A DNA stretch of 64,000 nucleotides from an uncultured delta proteobacterium (GCA_963789265.1 CAWBKB010000007.1:448001-512000); one strand, 5' to 3'. Positions 20,435-30,585 are shown, numbered from the stretch's first letter. Made by a program: numbers and translations. Notes: generated from the sequence alone by a model not told the origin.

Positions 20435-20671
20435 GTGAAGAAGACTAGCACAACCTGGAAACTGGTGGGTGACGCCCTGCAATTGGGTGCGTCAATAGTC
20501 TTCGCCATATTTATTGGCTTCGGGCTGGGACTCTGGCTTGACAGCAGACTTGGCTCTTCTCCTTATCTGACCATCATTTTTTTCTTTTTCGGAGTGGCTG
20601 CAGCAGGCAAGCTTGTCTGGACTGAGGTTCGGAAGCAGTTGCAGGCTGATGAGGACAAGAAGTCGAAATGA
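20435..20671 (+). CDS. atpZ: AtpZ/AtpI-family small ATP synthase accessory protein
   Basis: Two TMs with GLGLWLDSRLGSSPY; first gene of the F0 operon. Confidence 0.8.
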   Translation: MKKTSTTWKLVGDALQLGASIVFAIFIGFGLGLWLDSRLGSSPYLTIIFFFFGVAAAGKLVWTEVRKQLQADEDKKSK

Positions 20672-21051
20672 ACTTCGAGAAGATTCCGGGAATATGGTTC
20701 GTCCTTTCAGGGTTGGTTTACCTCATTGGTCTCCTTGCCTGTATTGCCTCGGCTCCCCGTGACTTTGCGCTTGGATTTGCCGCGGGTGGGGCTCTCGTCC
20801 TCGGCAATGCATGGGTTTCGGCGCGAAGAGTCAAGAAAGCCGGATTCCTGGACAAGAACGGCGTAATGGCGGTGCTGCTCGGAGGCTTTTACGCGCGGTT
20901 GATTTTGCTGGGCATTTGTTTGTACGGATTGATCAAGTTTTTCCAAGTAGACCCTGTGGGTCTGATAATCGGCCTGTCGGTAGTCCCTGCGGGACTCTTT
21001 GTCATGCTGGCTCTGATTTACATTGCGAACAGAAGGCCAGAGGAGGTCTGA
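20668..21051 (+). CDS. atpI: ATP synthase subunit I
   Basis: Four-TM hydrophobic protein, DPVGLIIGLSVV; between atpZ and atpB. Confidence 0.8.
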   Translation: MNFEKIPGIWFVLSGLVYLIGLLACIASAPRDFALGFAAGGALVLGNAWVSARRVKKAGFLDKNGVMAVLLGGFYARLILLGICLYGLIKFFQVDPVGLIIGLSVVPAGLFVMLALIYIANRRPEEV

Positions 21052-21054
21052 TAC

Positions 21055-21777
21055 ATGGCTGCGGATATTCATCCACCCAACTTGAGCGACATTATTGCGA
21101 TCCCCGCGTACCACTCGATGGAGCCTTTCTGGCAAAAATGGGGGATACAGCATTCGGACTTGAACAACGTCCTCAATACCTGGATCGTCATGATCATTTT
21201 GATCGTGGCCGCGGTTCTGGTGAAGAACAGATTACAGATGGTTCCTAAGGGTTCCCAAAACTTCTGGGAAGTGGTCGTGTCAACGCTGGAAGACATTGTG
21301 GTCGAGACCATGGGAGAGCAAGGCCGGCCTTACTTTGCCCTGGTTGCGTCGCTGGGGCTTTTTATTCTTATGTGCAACCTGATTGGGATCATACCCGGGT
21401 TTGACTCATCTACGAACAATTTGAATACTACGCTGGCGCTGGCGCTGGTATCGTTTGTCACAACCCACTTTGTGGGTATCAGGACTCACGGCGTGAAATA
21501 TGTGAAACACTTTTTAGGGCCGGTACCCTGGCTCATTCCACTTATGTTGCCAATAGAGATCATCGGGCACCTCAGCCGCATACTCTCGTTAAGCTTCCGT
21601 CTGTTCGGGAATATTATGGGAGAGGATCTGGCAGTTATCATACTTACTCTCCTCGTGCCGTACCTAGTTCCATTGCCAATGATATTATTGATGGTGTTCA
21701 CCTCTTTCATTCAGACCCTCGTCTTCATCATGCTGACCATGATGTACATCGTTGGATCTCTTGAAGAGGCTCACTGA
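21055..21777 (+). CDS. atpB: ATP synthase F0 subunit a
   Basis: [34 protein letters not shown]. Confidence 0.97.
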   Translation: MAADIHPPNLSDIIAIPAYHSMEPFWQKWGIQHSDLNNVLNTWIVMIILIVAAVLVKNRLQMVPKGSQNFWEVVVSTLEDIVVETMGEQGRPYFALVASLGLFILMCNLIGIIPGFDSSTNNLNTTLALALVSFVTTHFVGIRTHGVKYVKHFLGPVPWLIPLMLPIEIIGHLSRILSLSFRLFGNIMGEDLAVIILTLLVPYLVPLPMILLMVFTSFIQTLVFIMLTMMYIVGSLEEAH

Positions 21778-21803
21778 TACCAGATCAAGGAGGTCTCAGA
21801 TCC

Positions 21804-22136
21804 ATGAAGAGAGCATTTATCGCCGGACTGATCATGCTGGCCATCACCCTGTTCGCGGGGTTGGCCTTCGCAGCGGAAATTAACACAACCAACGCAGGAG
21901 TCTTCCAGTGGACCATGCTCGCAGCAGGGCTGGCCATCGGACTCGGGGCCATCGGTAGCGGCATCGGAATGGGAACCGCTATCGGAGGCGCCTGCGAAGG
22001 AACCTCAAGGAACCCGGAGGCGGGTGGTCGAATCCTTACAACCATGATCATCGGTCTGGCTATGATCGAATCTCTCACCATTTACGCGCTGGTTGTAGCG
22101 CTCATCCTGCTGTTCGGTAACCCCTACCTGAAGTAG
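21804..22136 (+). CDS. atpE: ATP synthase F0 subunit c
   Basis: GxGxGxG helix, SRNPEA loop, [11 protein letters not shown]. Confidence 0.97.
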   Translation: MKRAFIAGLIMLAITLFAGLAFAAEINTTNAGVFQWTMLAAGLAIGLGAIGSGIGMGTAIGGACEGTSRNPEAGGRILTTMIIGLAMIESLTIYALVVALILLFGNPYLK

Positions 22137-22162
22137 AATTTTCACCGCTGAATAGCTTTACT

Positions 22163-22192
22163 CCCTCTGCCCGGCCGTTACCGGGCGGAGGG
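22163..22192 (+). terminator. Terminator-like hairpin after atpE
   Basis: ccctctgcccgg-ccgtta-ccgggcggaggg. Confidence 0.65.
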
Positions 22193-22226
22193 ATTCCCTC
22201 AACAGCATGAATCCGCCGCTCAGAGA

Positions 22227-22254
22227 TTGACTTTGCCGGGGATTCTGGTACTAT
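22227..22254 (+). promoter_or_regulatory. Sigma-70 promoter
   Basis: TTGACT-16 nt-TACTAT with a TG extension. Confidence 0.55.
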
Positions 22255-22359
22255 TCCCTTGTGTTGTGGCCGACGGTTAGAACCGATCGAGCTGCAATCC
22301 CGACGTTTACTAGAGCGCTGAAACTGGGCCGATACTGGCGCTTCATCAAAGGAGTGGCC

Positions 22360-22906
22360 GTGAAGTTTACTGATGTCGGTAAGCCGAAAGGACTTGCGGG
22401 TCCCATACAAAGGGCAGAGAGAATTGATAATCATCCGGAAGGGCCGGCCCCTGATTATCAGATTAACGGGACAACTCTTAGCGCGCCGACCAATGACTCC
22501 GAGAAACAACCATCCTTATGGACGCCCTTATCCTGTCAGAGACCAGGGCTCACTCGACCCGGCGAATTATCGGAGCGCACCGCCGGATAAGGATTTCAAT
22601 CGATTCCAGGATCGACTGAGAATGGGCAAGGTTAAGCTCTGCGACGGCTGCGGAGGCGTAATGAGCAAGTCGTCGCGAATGATCCTTTCGCCTCTATCCG
22701 GTTTTGTGTTGGTGGTCTTTGGAGCGATCCTTATGACCATGTACGGATTGGCTACGAATTTCTACCAACCTCCCTGGTTCATGAAGTTTGCTCTTCCGGC
22801 CGCTTATTACCTGGGGTCAATATTCATCGGAGTTGGAACTCTGTTCTTTTTTATTAGGGAAAAAGTGTGGACCTGCCCCAGGTGCAAAGAAATACGGAAA
22901 AGATAA
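22360..22906 (+). CDS. Hypothetical membrane protein (CxxC, two TMs, CxxC); start uncertain, possible frameshift near 22490
   Basis: CDGCG and CPRCK flank two TMs; the best SD (aaaggag) + GTG at 22360 is in a different frame from the C-terminal ORF. Confidence 0.6.
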
Positions 22907-22912
22907 ACGCGG

Positions 22913-22941
22913 TTGCAAACCGGGCAACCTTGTTGTAAGAT
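22913..22941 (+). promoter_or_regulatory. Sigma-70 promoter of the rpsF operon
   Basis: TTGCAA-17 nt-TAAGAT. Confidence 0.6.
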
Positions 22942-22956
22942 GCCTTTTTTCACTCG

Positions 22957-22993
22957 ACTCCTTGCCCTAAAGGGCTTGACACCCGAAAGGAGA
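22957..22993 (+). promoter_or_regulatory. S6:S18-type autogenous leader RNA (candidate)
   Basis: actccttgccc-taaa-gggc...ccc-gaaaggag: ctcctt pairs with the SD aaggag and a CCC sits next to it, directly upstream of rpsF. Confidence 0.6.
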
Positions 22994-22997
22994 TGCC

Positions 22998-23642
22998 GTG
23001 AGACGCTATGAGTCCGTAGTCATCCTGGACCCTGAAATGCCGGATGACGACATCCGAAGCTTTACCGAGAAATACAGCCAACTTATCAAGACCAACGGCG
23101 GGGAAATCATCAAAATCGAGGACTGGGGATTCAAGAGGCTCGCCTACCTCGTCAAGAAGAGGGAGAGGGGGCGATACATCCTCTTTGATTTCGTGGGACT
23201 CCCTGCGCTGATTACCGAAATGGAGCGGCAGTTCAAGATCTCCGAAGAAGTGATGAAGTTCCTCAGCGTCAAGCTCGACGACGACGTCGATCTTGAAGCC
23301 TTCAAAGCCGAGGCGGAAGAGAAGGCAGCGGCAGCAGCGGCAGCCGCGAAGCCGGCCGAACCTGCCCCAGCGGAACCTGCGGCTCAGAAGCCGGTTGAAC
23401 CTACCCCACTGGAACCGGCAGCTCAGAAGCCGGTTGAGCCCGCGGCAGTGGAACCTGCGGCTCCAGCCGTGACAGAAGAAGCTTCAGAGCCAACTGAGGA
23501 ACCCGCTGTAACTTCAAATCAAGAGGCGAAGCCTGTGGGCGCAGAAGAAGCCGCGCCACGGCCTGAGACCGAAGCGGAACCTGCCCCCGCTGCCACCCCA
23601 ACTGCGGAGCCGCCGGTTTCCGAAGAGAAGGAGGGAGTATAA
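22998..23642 (+). CDS. rpsF: 30S ribosomal protein S6 with long Ala/Pro/Glu-rich tail
   Basis: [23 protein letters not shown]; followed by rpsR. Confidence 0.96.
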   Translation: MRRYESVVILDPEMPDDDIRSFTEKYSQLIKTNGGEIIKIEDWGFKRLAYLVKKRERGRYILFDFVGLPALITEMERQFKISEEVMKFLSVKLDDDVDLEAFKAEAEEKAAAAAAAAKPAEPAPAEPAAQKPVEPTPLEPAAQKPVEPAAVEPAAPAVTEEASEPTEEPAVTSNQEAKPVGAEEAAPRPETEAEPAPAATPTAEPPVSEEKEGV

Positions 23643-23644
23643 CC

Positions 23645-23887
23645 ATGCCTAGACCTCCACGTAGACGTCCCTTCCCCCGCAGCAAAGTCTGCCGCTTTTG
23701 TGCGGATACATCGCTTCGAATGGATTACAAGGAGCCCAATATCCTCAGAGTTTTCATCACGGAGCGCGGTAAAATTATACCCAGAAGAATTTCCGGCAAT
23801 TGCGCCAAGCATCAGAGACAATTGACCGCGGCCATTAAAAGGGCCAGAAATATTGCCCTTCTACCCTTCACTGTGCCCAGGCGATAA
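23645..23887 (+). CDS. rpsR: 30S ribosomal protein S18 (Cys-containing type)
   Basis: [29 protein letters not shown]. Confidence 0.98.
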   Translation: MPRPPRRRPFPRSKVCRFCADTSLRMDYKEPNILRVFITERGKIIPRRISGNCAKHQRQLTAAIKRARNIALLPFTVPRR

Positions 23888-23909
23888 AAGAATTTGCGGA
23901 GTAGCGACA

Positions 23910-24383
23910 ATGGATATAATCCTTCTCGAACATATCGACGATCTGGGAACTGTTGGGCAGACGGTGAAAGTTAAGCCGGGGTACACGCGCAACTATTTGT
24001 TCCCTCGGAAGCTGGCTTGTCCGGCCACAGAGAAGAACCTCAATTTCTATCGTGGCCTGATCGAGGCAAAACAGAAGAAGCAGGCAAAGGCAAAAGGAGC
24101 CGCGGAACTCCAAGCTCAGAAACTGTCCGCCCTTGCCCTGACTTTTGTCAGAAAGTCCAGAGGTCAGGATGCCCGGCTCTTCGGTTCGGTTACCAACATT
24201 GACGTAGCCGAAGCCCTGGAACAGCAAGGGTACGAGATAGACAGGAAGAAAATCACTCTGTCCGAGCCCATCAAGAAGCTAGGTGAATACGTTGCGAGTG
24301 TCCGCATCCATCCTGACGTAACAGCCACTGTGCCGGTTGTGGTGAAGTCGGAGGAAGAACCCGAGGATGTCGCAGGAGAATAG
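23910..24383 (+). CDS. rplI: 50S ribosomal protein L9
   Basis: MDIILLE..LGTVGQTVKVKPGYTRNYL, RLFGSVT, PIKKLGEY. Confidence 0.97.
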   Translation: MDIILLEHIDDLGTVGQTVKVKPGYTRNYLFPRKLACPATEKNLNFYRGLIEAKQKKQAKAKGAAELQAQKLSALALTFVRKSRGQDARLFGSVTNIDVAEALEQQGYEIDRKKITLSEPIKKLGEYVASVRIHPDVTATVPVVVKSEEEPEDVAGE

Positions 24384-25752
24384 CACTGAGATCAGGTTAC
24401 CCCCCCAGTTCCTGGAAGGTGAACGCGCTATCCTCGGGGGCTTGCTGATCGACAACGACGCCTTGCCAAAGGTGTTGGCGACTCTTTCGGCCGACGATTT
24501 CTACAGGGAAGCGCATCGCAACGTATACAAGGCTGTTACAGACCTGTTCAACCGCAATGAACCGGTGGATTGGGTTACACTTACGGCAGCCCTGAAGGAA
24601 GCCGGTCTCCTGGAAAATATCGGCGGGCCCGCCTTTTTGGCCGAACTGGTGGATGCCGTTCCCAGCGCGGCCAATATCGAGCATTACACGCGAGTAGTTA
24701 AGGAAAAAGCGGTGCTCAGGCAATTGATCTCCGCGTCCACCGAGATCAGCACGCGATGCTACGAAGAACACGGCAGTATCGACGAATTTGTAGACCAGTG
24801 CGAAGAATTGATCTTCAAGGTCGGAGAGGCGAGAATCAAATCAGGATTCGTACACGTCAAAGACCTCATGAAGGTCAGTTTCGAGACTGTTGAAAGCCTT
24901 TATGAGCGCAAAGAGAATATAACAGGAGTCGCGTCGGGCTTCGCGGACCTCGACGGCCTTACTGCCGGCTTCCAGCGATCCGACCTCGTCATTATTGCGG
25001 GCCGTCCGTCGATGGGCAAGACGTCGTTTGCACTGAATGTCGCGATGAATGCAGCAATAGACGGAGGAGTTCCAACCGCTGTTTTCTCCCTGGAGATGAG
25101 CAAAGAGCAGATCGCTCTGAGGATACTTTGCGCCAAGGCAAAGGTGAACTTGAAGAGCCTCCGTACCGGGTACCTCATTCAGGAGGACTGGGGGCGACTG
25201 ACCCAGGCAGTCGGGAGCATCTCCGACTCGCCGCTTTACGTGGACGACACACCCGCGATCAATACTCTGGAAATTCGTGCAAAAGCCCGCCGATTAAAGA
25301 AGGAGAGAGACCTCGGTCTGATCGTCGTCGATTATCTTCAGTTGATGCGAGGCGCGACAAAATCTGATTCCCGGGAAAAAGAGATCTCCGAGATCTCTCG
25401 GTCTTTGAAAGCATTGGCCAAGGAACTCAATTTACCGGTGATAGCTCTTTCTCAGCTTAACCGCAAGGTCGAGGAGCGCCCTAACAAGAGGCCGCAACTG
25501 GCTGACTTGAGGGAATCCGGCGCCATCGAGCAGGATGCGGACGTTATACTCTTCATCTACAGAGACGAGGTTTATAACAAGAGCGAGGACAATCCGAAGA
25601 AAGGCGAAGCTGAGATCATCGTGGGCAAGCAGCGCAACGGCCCCATCGGCTTGGTTACAGCAGTATTTGACTCAAGATTTTCTACTTTCCTCCCCCACGC
25701 GCGCCGGGACGAGCCCCCAGAGGACGATTCAGCCATTCTCTCGAATTTATAG
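24367..25752 (+). CDS. dnaB: Replicative DNA helicase
   Basis: AGRPSMGKT, VVDYLQLM, LSQLNR, DLRESGAIEQDAD, KQRNGP. Confidence 0.98.
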   Translation: MSQENSTEIRLPPQFLEGERAILGGLLIDNDALPKVLATLSADDFYREAHRNVYKAVTDLFNRNEPVDWVTLTAALKEAGLLENIGGPAFLAELVDAVPSAANIEHYTRVVKEKAVLRQLISASTEISTRCYEEHGSIDEFVDQCEELIFKVGEARIKSGFVHVKDLMKVSFETVESLYERKENITGVASGFADLDGLTAGFQRSDLVIIAGRPSMGKTSFALNVAMNAAIDGGVPTAVFSLEMSKEQIALRILCAKAKVNLKSLRTGYLIQEDWGRLTQAVGSISDSPLYVDDTPAINTLEIRAKARRLKKERDLGLIVVDYLQLMRGATKSDSREKEISEISRSLKALAKELNLPVIALSQLNRKVEERPNKRPQLADLRESGAIEQDADVILFIYRDEVYNKSEDNPKKGEAEIIVGKQRNGPIGLVTAVFDSRFSTFLPHARRDEPPEDDSAILSNL

Positions 25753-25818
25753 GTTTTTTCCGGGCAGATCCTAGATCCTCGCCACAGTATATACCCCCCC
25801 TTTGAGCAGATTCCTACC

Positions 25819-27243
25819 TCAACGCTTCAACCGCTGCCTGAGAGCCAAGGCAAATAGAGCGAACAAGAGAGGGCCAAAGATGCTTTGCAGCATATTGACC
25901 AAATTACCGCAGAACCCATTCGGTATAAAGTCGCTAGGTCTGAGCAGAGTCATGACTCGGAGGCTGTAGAGACCGACACTGTACCAATGGAGGACAGGGT
26001 CTGCGATCGGGCCTTTAGTATTAAGGTGCAGCAAACTCCAGTTAAGATAACAGCATGTGGATGCCAAAAGTAAACCGGCTGCCCACAGGAATGGACACAG
26101 GGCGCTTTCGCCGTATCCACTCACACAACGGTACACACTAAGCAAGATCCAGAGACCCCACCCTGAATTCCTCCGACGCATCTCCTTCTCACCATAATGA
26201 AAGTGCCGAGCGTGCTCGTAATCCCGCCTGTCTTCGTAGTTTTGTTTGAGCTGGCGATAAAGATGCTCAATGACAGGCCAGGAGCGTGTTTCACCCTTTC
26301 GTAATCCGACATCCTCATCGTGGACCCTGAAGCGGCCGCCTTTGCAGGGCCACTTCACGTCAGTGAATTCGGCTTTGCGCATATCCGTAAATAGGAAACG
26401 ACACTTCTGCAGGTCAGCGCTTCGAAAAATGACGGCGTCGAGAGGACTGATGATCACCTGGCTGAAGTCAATGTCTGCCCCGGAAAAAATTGGGTTAATC
26501 TCATCCTCTGAGGCAAAGAGCGTTGTCCCTAGGAACGCTGTACCGACGAAGGCAGCACTCGTAGCAAAGCACGCACCGGAGAAGGTAGCTCCTTCCTTGA
26601 AACTGGCACGGGAAAAGTTGGCACCTCCCCCGAACTTCGCGTCGTCGAAATTAGCCCACTTGCTAAACTTGGCATACTGGAAGATGACTTTCTCGCCGTC
26701 AATAACGGAGCCGGCGCAAAAGCTGTCGGCCCCCTCGGCCGCATCATTGAACTTAGCACGGGAAAAGTTGGCCACGTTGCCGAACCCGGCCAGTGTGAAG
26801 TTGGCGCCTCGGATGAACGTGGCAGCGCAAAAATTTGCCTCTTCAGCGAACGCGGCACAAGAGAAATTGGCACTCTTGGTGAACTCGGCAGCGGCGAAGT
26901 ACGCCAACCCTCCGAACGAGGCACGCCTGAATTCAGCACCCTCGGAGAAGTTAGTTTCCTCGAAATCGGCCCCGTTAGCGAAGCATGCATCGAAGAAGTC
27001 GGCGCCCTCTGTGAAGTGGGCCTCTGAGAAGTTGGCCTCCTCATGAAACGTTTCGCCCCGGAAGTTGGCAGGCCCTGGAAAAACAAAGTGTTGGAAATTG
27101 TTTCCGTCTTTCTCGCGATGCGCAGCTAAAGCTCTCTCGAAGGCATCTCTGTCCTTTCCGGGAACTTGAGAGTGCAAAATGCAGAACTCTCCGTCAGCAT
27201 CAGCATCCAGGCCGCAGACTTCATGGTGTTTGCACTTGGGCAT
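25819..27243 (-). CDS. Pentapeptide-repeat protein with C-terminal two-TM channel-like domain
   Basis: Start MPKCKHHEVC..FCILH; many A(N/D)F-x-x-A-x-F repeats; LKQNYE..GYGES; two TMs. Confidence 0.85.
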   Translation of the reverse strand: MPKCKHHEVCGLDADADGEFCILHSQVPGKDRDAFERALAAHREKDGNNFQHFVFPGPANFRGETFHEEANFSEAHFTEGADFFDACFANGADFEETNFSEGAEFRRASFGGLAYFAAAEFTKSANFSCAAFAEEANFCAATFIRGANFTLAGFGNVANFSRAKFNDAAEGADSFCAGSVIDGEKVIFQYAKFSKWANFDDAKFGGGANFSRASFKEGATFSGACFATSAAFVGTAFLGTTLFASEDEINPIFSGADIDFSQVIISPLDAVIFRSADLQKCRFLFTDMRKAEFTDVKWPCKGGRFRVHDEDVGLRKGETRSWPVIEHLYRQLKQNYEDRRDYEHARHFHYGEKEMRRRNSGWGLWILLSVYRCVSGYGESALCPFLWAAGLLLASTCCYLNWSLLHLNTKGPIADPVLHWYSVGLYSLRVMTLLRPSDFIPNGFCGNLVNMLQSIFGPLLFALFALALRQRLKR

Positions 27244-27268
27244 TTTCCCCCTTTGGGAGTAGTGTAAC

Positions 27269-27496
27269 TCACGTCGGCGTTCGCCCCTCCTCCCGCGGCG
27301 AACTGAGCACTTCCTGATACGAGAACTCCTGCAACTGCGCGTTAGAGCGCGCATGCTCGATCGTCATGCTGACCAGGTTGCCCTGCATATCGAGGTCCAC
27401 GTAAATGTTCTCGCTGATCTCTTTTGTCTCGGCAACTTTATTGTCCGCGAACTCCACCAGCGCGGTGTCAGTGTCTGAAAAATATTTAAGCCTCAT
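27269..27496 (-). CDS. DUF2283 antitoxin-like protein (orphan)
   Basis: MRLKYFSDTDTALVEF..IYVDLD..GNLVSMTIEHA. Confidence 0.85.
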   Translation of the reverse strand: MRLKYFSDTDTALVEFADNKVAETKEISENIYVDLDMQGNLVSMTIEHARSNAQLQEFSYQEVLSSPREEGRTPT

Positions 27497-27587
27497 GCGT
27501 CGTCTACTCGTTGAACTATTTCCAGGATTGAAGAGCGGCTTGAGCCTCGGCGGGCACGGCCCGCCCTACCAGGCTCAAACGCCTTTT

Positions 27588-27833
27588 TCACGCGACGGCG
27601 ATTTTCTTTTCATTTTGAACAATGATTCTGGGATCGCGGTTGACTGGCGGGACTGGAAGCCCACGCTCATCCAGGAGCTGAATATGCTCCTTCATGCCCC
27701 ATTTGGCCTTGCATATACAGTCCTCCACCGAATGGCCGATACCGGAGAAGCCTTCTAGTTCAGGAGAGTAGAACCCGAAGTAGTCCGGTTCATCAGTGGC
27801 TTCGATCACAAGGGAGTACGGCAAATCGATCAT
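27588..27833 (-). CDS. hicB: HicB-family antitoxin
   Basis: YSLVIEA..FYSPELEGFSGIGHSVEDCI..GLPVP. Confidence 0.85.
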   Translation of the reverse strand: MIDLPYSLVIEATDEPDYFGFYSPELEGFSGIGHSVEDCICKAKWGMKEHIQLLDERGLPVPPVNRDPRIIVQNEKKIAVA

Positions 27834-27844
27834 CGTGAATTCTC

Positions 27845-27970
27845 CTAAGGACGTTTAAGTCCCGCTGCCCTCAGTATGGCGTGACAAGTCCCGGAAGGAA
27901 CTTCCTTTGCACCATGATAGTCCACCCGAACCAATTTGTCCCATCCCGGCTTGCCATAATACCTTATTGA
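27845..27970 (-). pseudogene. hicA: 5'-truncated HicA toxin
   Basis: SIRYYGKPGWDKLVRVDYHGAKEVPSGTCHAILRAAGL is a HicA C-terminal part; no plausible N-terminal helix or start codon upstream. Confidence 0.7.
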
Positions 27971-27977
27971 GATCCTG

Positions 27978-28006
27978 ATCGTATTGTAGAGCGATTCTGA
28001 AAGCAA
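27978..28006 (-). promoter_or_regulatory. Sigma-70 promoter abutting the hicA remnant
   Basis: - strand TTGCTT-17 nt-TACGAT. Confidence 0.5.
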
Positions 28007-28056
28007 TCGCTGATGCCGCAAGAAGCCAGGCTGGAGGGAAATCAGCAGGCATAACA

Positions 28057-28144
28057 GTAGGGTGGGCATCTTGCCCGCCGACTGAACATTGGACGCGCCA
28101 TTTCGCCTGTGATCAAGAATCGACGGCCGAGACGCTCATCCTAC
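28057..28144. repeat. GTAG-type REP pair
   Basis: gtagggtgggcatcttgccc ... gacgctcatcctac. Confidence 0.6.
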
Positions 28145-28161
28145 TGGTCCCCAATTCCCTC

Positions 28162-28554
28162 TCACTTAAGCACCGCAATGACCTCAATCTCCACTCGTGC
28201 GCCCAGTGCAAGCCCGTTTGCACCTAACGCACTCCGGGCCGGGAAATGTTTGGGAAAATAGGTCGCATAAACCTCGTTCATCGCGGGCCATTCGCTTATG
28301 TCCGCCAGCATCGCCGTGACCTTCACGACATGGTCAAGCGAAGAGCCGTACCGCTCCAGTGTGGCCTTAATGTTCTCCATTGTTTGCCGAGTTTCCGCTG
28401 CAATTCCACCCGGGACCATCTTGCCGGATGCATCTCTCCCCAACTGCCCGGACAAGTACAGCATGTTTCCCACGCGTACCGCTTCGGAAAACGGAAATCC
28501 TTTCATGCTTTCGGAAGTCAGATATTCGACTTCCGATCTGCTTTCAGCGCTCAT
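28162..28554 (-). CDS. RidA/YjgF/UK114 family protein
   Basis: PFSEAV..LYLSGQLG, MNEVYATYF..PARSA, VEIEVIA; SD ggagg before ATG 28554. Confidence 0.92.
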   Translation of the reverse strand: MSAESRSEVEYLTSESMKGFPFSEAVRVGNMLYLSGQLGRDASGKMVPGGIAAETRQTMENIKATLERYGSSLDHVVKVTAMLADISEWPAMNEVYATYFPKHFPARSALGANGLALGARVEIEVIAVLK

Positions 28555-28626
28555 GGCAACCCTCCATAAGAAATTTGATCCGAAGTATGGTTTCGATAAT
28601 CCTTCATCTGCGTTCGTCGGAAGATT

Positions 28627-28753
28627 GTCATTGCGAGCGGAGCGAAGCAATCTCCATTGGTGGAACAGGCTCCAGCCTGTCTATTAGAATGACCGGCAAG
28701 ATGCCGGTCCCACCGAAGATGAGATTGCTTCGGGCTAGGGCCCTCGCAATGAC
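28627..28753. repeat. Composite repeat: GTCATTGCGAG arms enclosing a GTGG-REP pair
   Basis: gtcattgcgagcggagcgaagcaatct-[ggtggaacaggc...gatgccggtcccacc]-agattgcttcg...ctcgcaatgac. Confidence 0.8.
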
Positions 28754-28857
28754 ATATTCGTAGCCCCCCGTCTCCTCAAACGGAGCTAAAGGCATGATCC
28801 TTTGAAGAAATACCAGTTCCGTCCCTCTTTTCTTTGCCCTGTTGGAGCTGCGCAAAT

Positions 28858-30576
28858 TCATTGCTGCTTCTTCCGCATGGGCCGGACAAGTGCCAGTGAT
28901 TCGTCGGACCACACAACCTCCGCGCGTGAGGACGATGCCAGTGCAGGCTTGACGGAAGAATCAAAGACCAGGTAGTCCGCGCCCAACTCCCGGGTCAGAA
29001 CTAGCAGCCTCGCGAGTCTGGTCTTTTTGTCTTTTATGGCGCAGGCACTATCCATCTCCTTTCGGACTTTTTCCCATTTCAGGAGCGCTTCAAGGTTTGT
29101 GTCCGCAAATATACCTCCATCCTTGTAAGCGTATACCAGCGGCCTTAACGCACAATACCTGATCTCCAAAGCCAGGACAGTGGAAAGGATCCTCGACCCC
29201 GGGGGCGTTAGGCGTCGCACCGCATTCAATGCCTCAATTCCGGATGTTTCAACTCGTGATATCGGAGGGGTCAAGGAGCCTTTTGACCAGGCCCTTGCCG
29301 CATCCAGGAACATCTTTGGAGGATGTCCCCAGGCCCAGCCCGTAACAAGCAGGGCACCTGCAAGCATTACCAGCGCTCGGCTGAGAGAGCAAGGCTGCAT
29401 CCTGCGAGAAATCTCAGCCAGAGGCCACAAGCACAATATCAAAATCAACGGTACTATGTATTTGATTCCCCTTATGGAATCCATCTGGATACGTTTGAGG
29501 TCATAGATCCTACAAATTGTCTGCTCAACAAATGTCAGCCCTACCGCAACAAACAATATTCCCACTGCCCAGATCGCGAGGAGCAATATATCTCTTCTTC
29601 TCTCGGGATAGATGCGAAGAACCGCTACCGAGGCGCAAACAGCCCATGAAACATAAAGCCATACCGGCCACGACGACAGTTCCGTCCCCCACATCCTCAG
29701 AGCCAGCCCGACGTCCAGGAGTTCCTCGCCGATGCGCTGCCCGATGATGCCGACAACTTCACGGTATTGAACCGCTTCGGACGCGGCTCGATCATGAACG
29801 AACAAAAAGTTGGATGCCCAGGGCAAGACCGCGGCAACAAAGATCAGGCCCAACATCAGCATATATGAGATTTTTCGGAACCAGCTCCACGTAGCCGGGA
29901 GGAAAGCCCAAATTCCCAACCAGATCGCAAAAGCCCAGTGAGGCGCACTTGGCGGATGCGTGTAAAACATGAGGCCCACGGCTACCATAAGCCAGGGCCA
30001 GATTCGTCTTTCGGTCTTCCTGTGAATTGCGGCCGCGAGCACGTACGGCAGGCACGCGTGAAAGAGAGATCGCGGCAACGGATCGTCATAGATTCCCCAA
30101 AACTCCCTTACAGGCAGGGCAATCGGGCATGCTGCCAGGACGCTCAGTAGAAACGCCCAATATCTATTACGGAAAAGCACCATCCCCAGCAGGTAAAACC
30201 CTGCACATTGGAGGAAGACGGTAAGAAGCAGCAAGGATATATATGATGTCCCGTAATCACTGAGTATTTTGTTCAACGCGTAAATCAATACGGGATGGAG
30301 CGCCAAGTAATATCTGAAATTAGTGAAGTCACCGAGAAGCGGGTCCAGTTTAAACAGGCCCGGATGCTGGTACGCAGCCACAAAGCTGGATACAATTCCC
30401 GCATCGCTTCCGAGATACACGAAAGGCTGCATACCCTTCCAGCGGCCAAGAAAAGTCCCCACGGCAAAGATTGCGAACGCAGCCAATACAATGCCATCTA
30501 CCCACGTGAACCGCACGGTCGGCGATGCACTATTGCCGGAGTCGCCTGTTGAGAAGCTTTCTGGGGGGGAAAACAT
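28858..30576 (-). CDS. Multi-pass membrane protein, possibly GT-C-like glycosyltransferase
   Basis: About 12 hydrophobic segments, N-terminal loop HPGLFKLDPLLGD, C-terminal ADYLV; function inferred only. Confidence 0.6.
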   Translation of the reverse strand: MFSPPESFSTGDSGNSASPTVRFTWVDGIVLAAFAIFAVGTFLGRWKGMQPFVYLGSDAGIVSSFVAAYQHPGLFKLDPLLGDFTNFRYYLALHPVLIYALNKILSDYGTSYISLLLLTVFLQCAGFYLLGMVLFRNRYWAFLLSVLAACPIALPVREFWGIYDDPLPRSLFHACLPYVLAAAIHRKTERRIWPWLMVAVGLMFYTHPPSAPHWAFAIWLGIWAFLPATWSWFRKISYMLMLGLIFVAAVLPWASNFLFVHDRAASEAVQYREVVGIIGQRIGEELLDVGLALRMWGTELSSWPVWLYVSWAVCASVAVLRIYPERRRDILLLAIWAVGILFVAVGLTFVEQTICRIYDLKRIQMDSIRGIKYIVPLILILCLWPLAEISRRMQPCSLSRALVMLAGALLVTGWAWGHPPKMFLDAARAWSKGSLTPPISRVETSGIEALNAVRRLTPPGSRILSTVLALEIRYCALRPLVYAYKDGGIFADTNLEALLKWEKVRKEMDSACAIKDKKTRLARLLVLTRELGADYLVFDSSVKPALASSSRAEVVWSDESLALVRPMRKKQQ

Positions 30577-30585
30577 CTATATTGT

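Noticed and set aside
21804..22136. Na+-coupled ATP synthase, suggested by ES.xxY in subunit c
   Set aside because: The helix-1 Gln/Glu ligand is Met here (GIGMG), so H+ coupling is more likely; an F0-only operon is normal for this group.
26400..27060. Qnr/MfpA-type topoisomerase protection linked to the parC/parE pair
   Set aside because: The protein is membrane-anchored with a different architecture and lies ~14 kb away.
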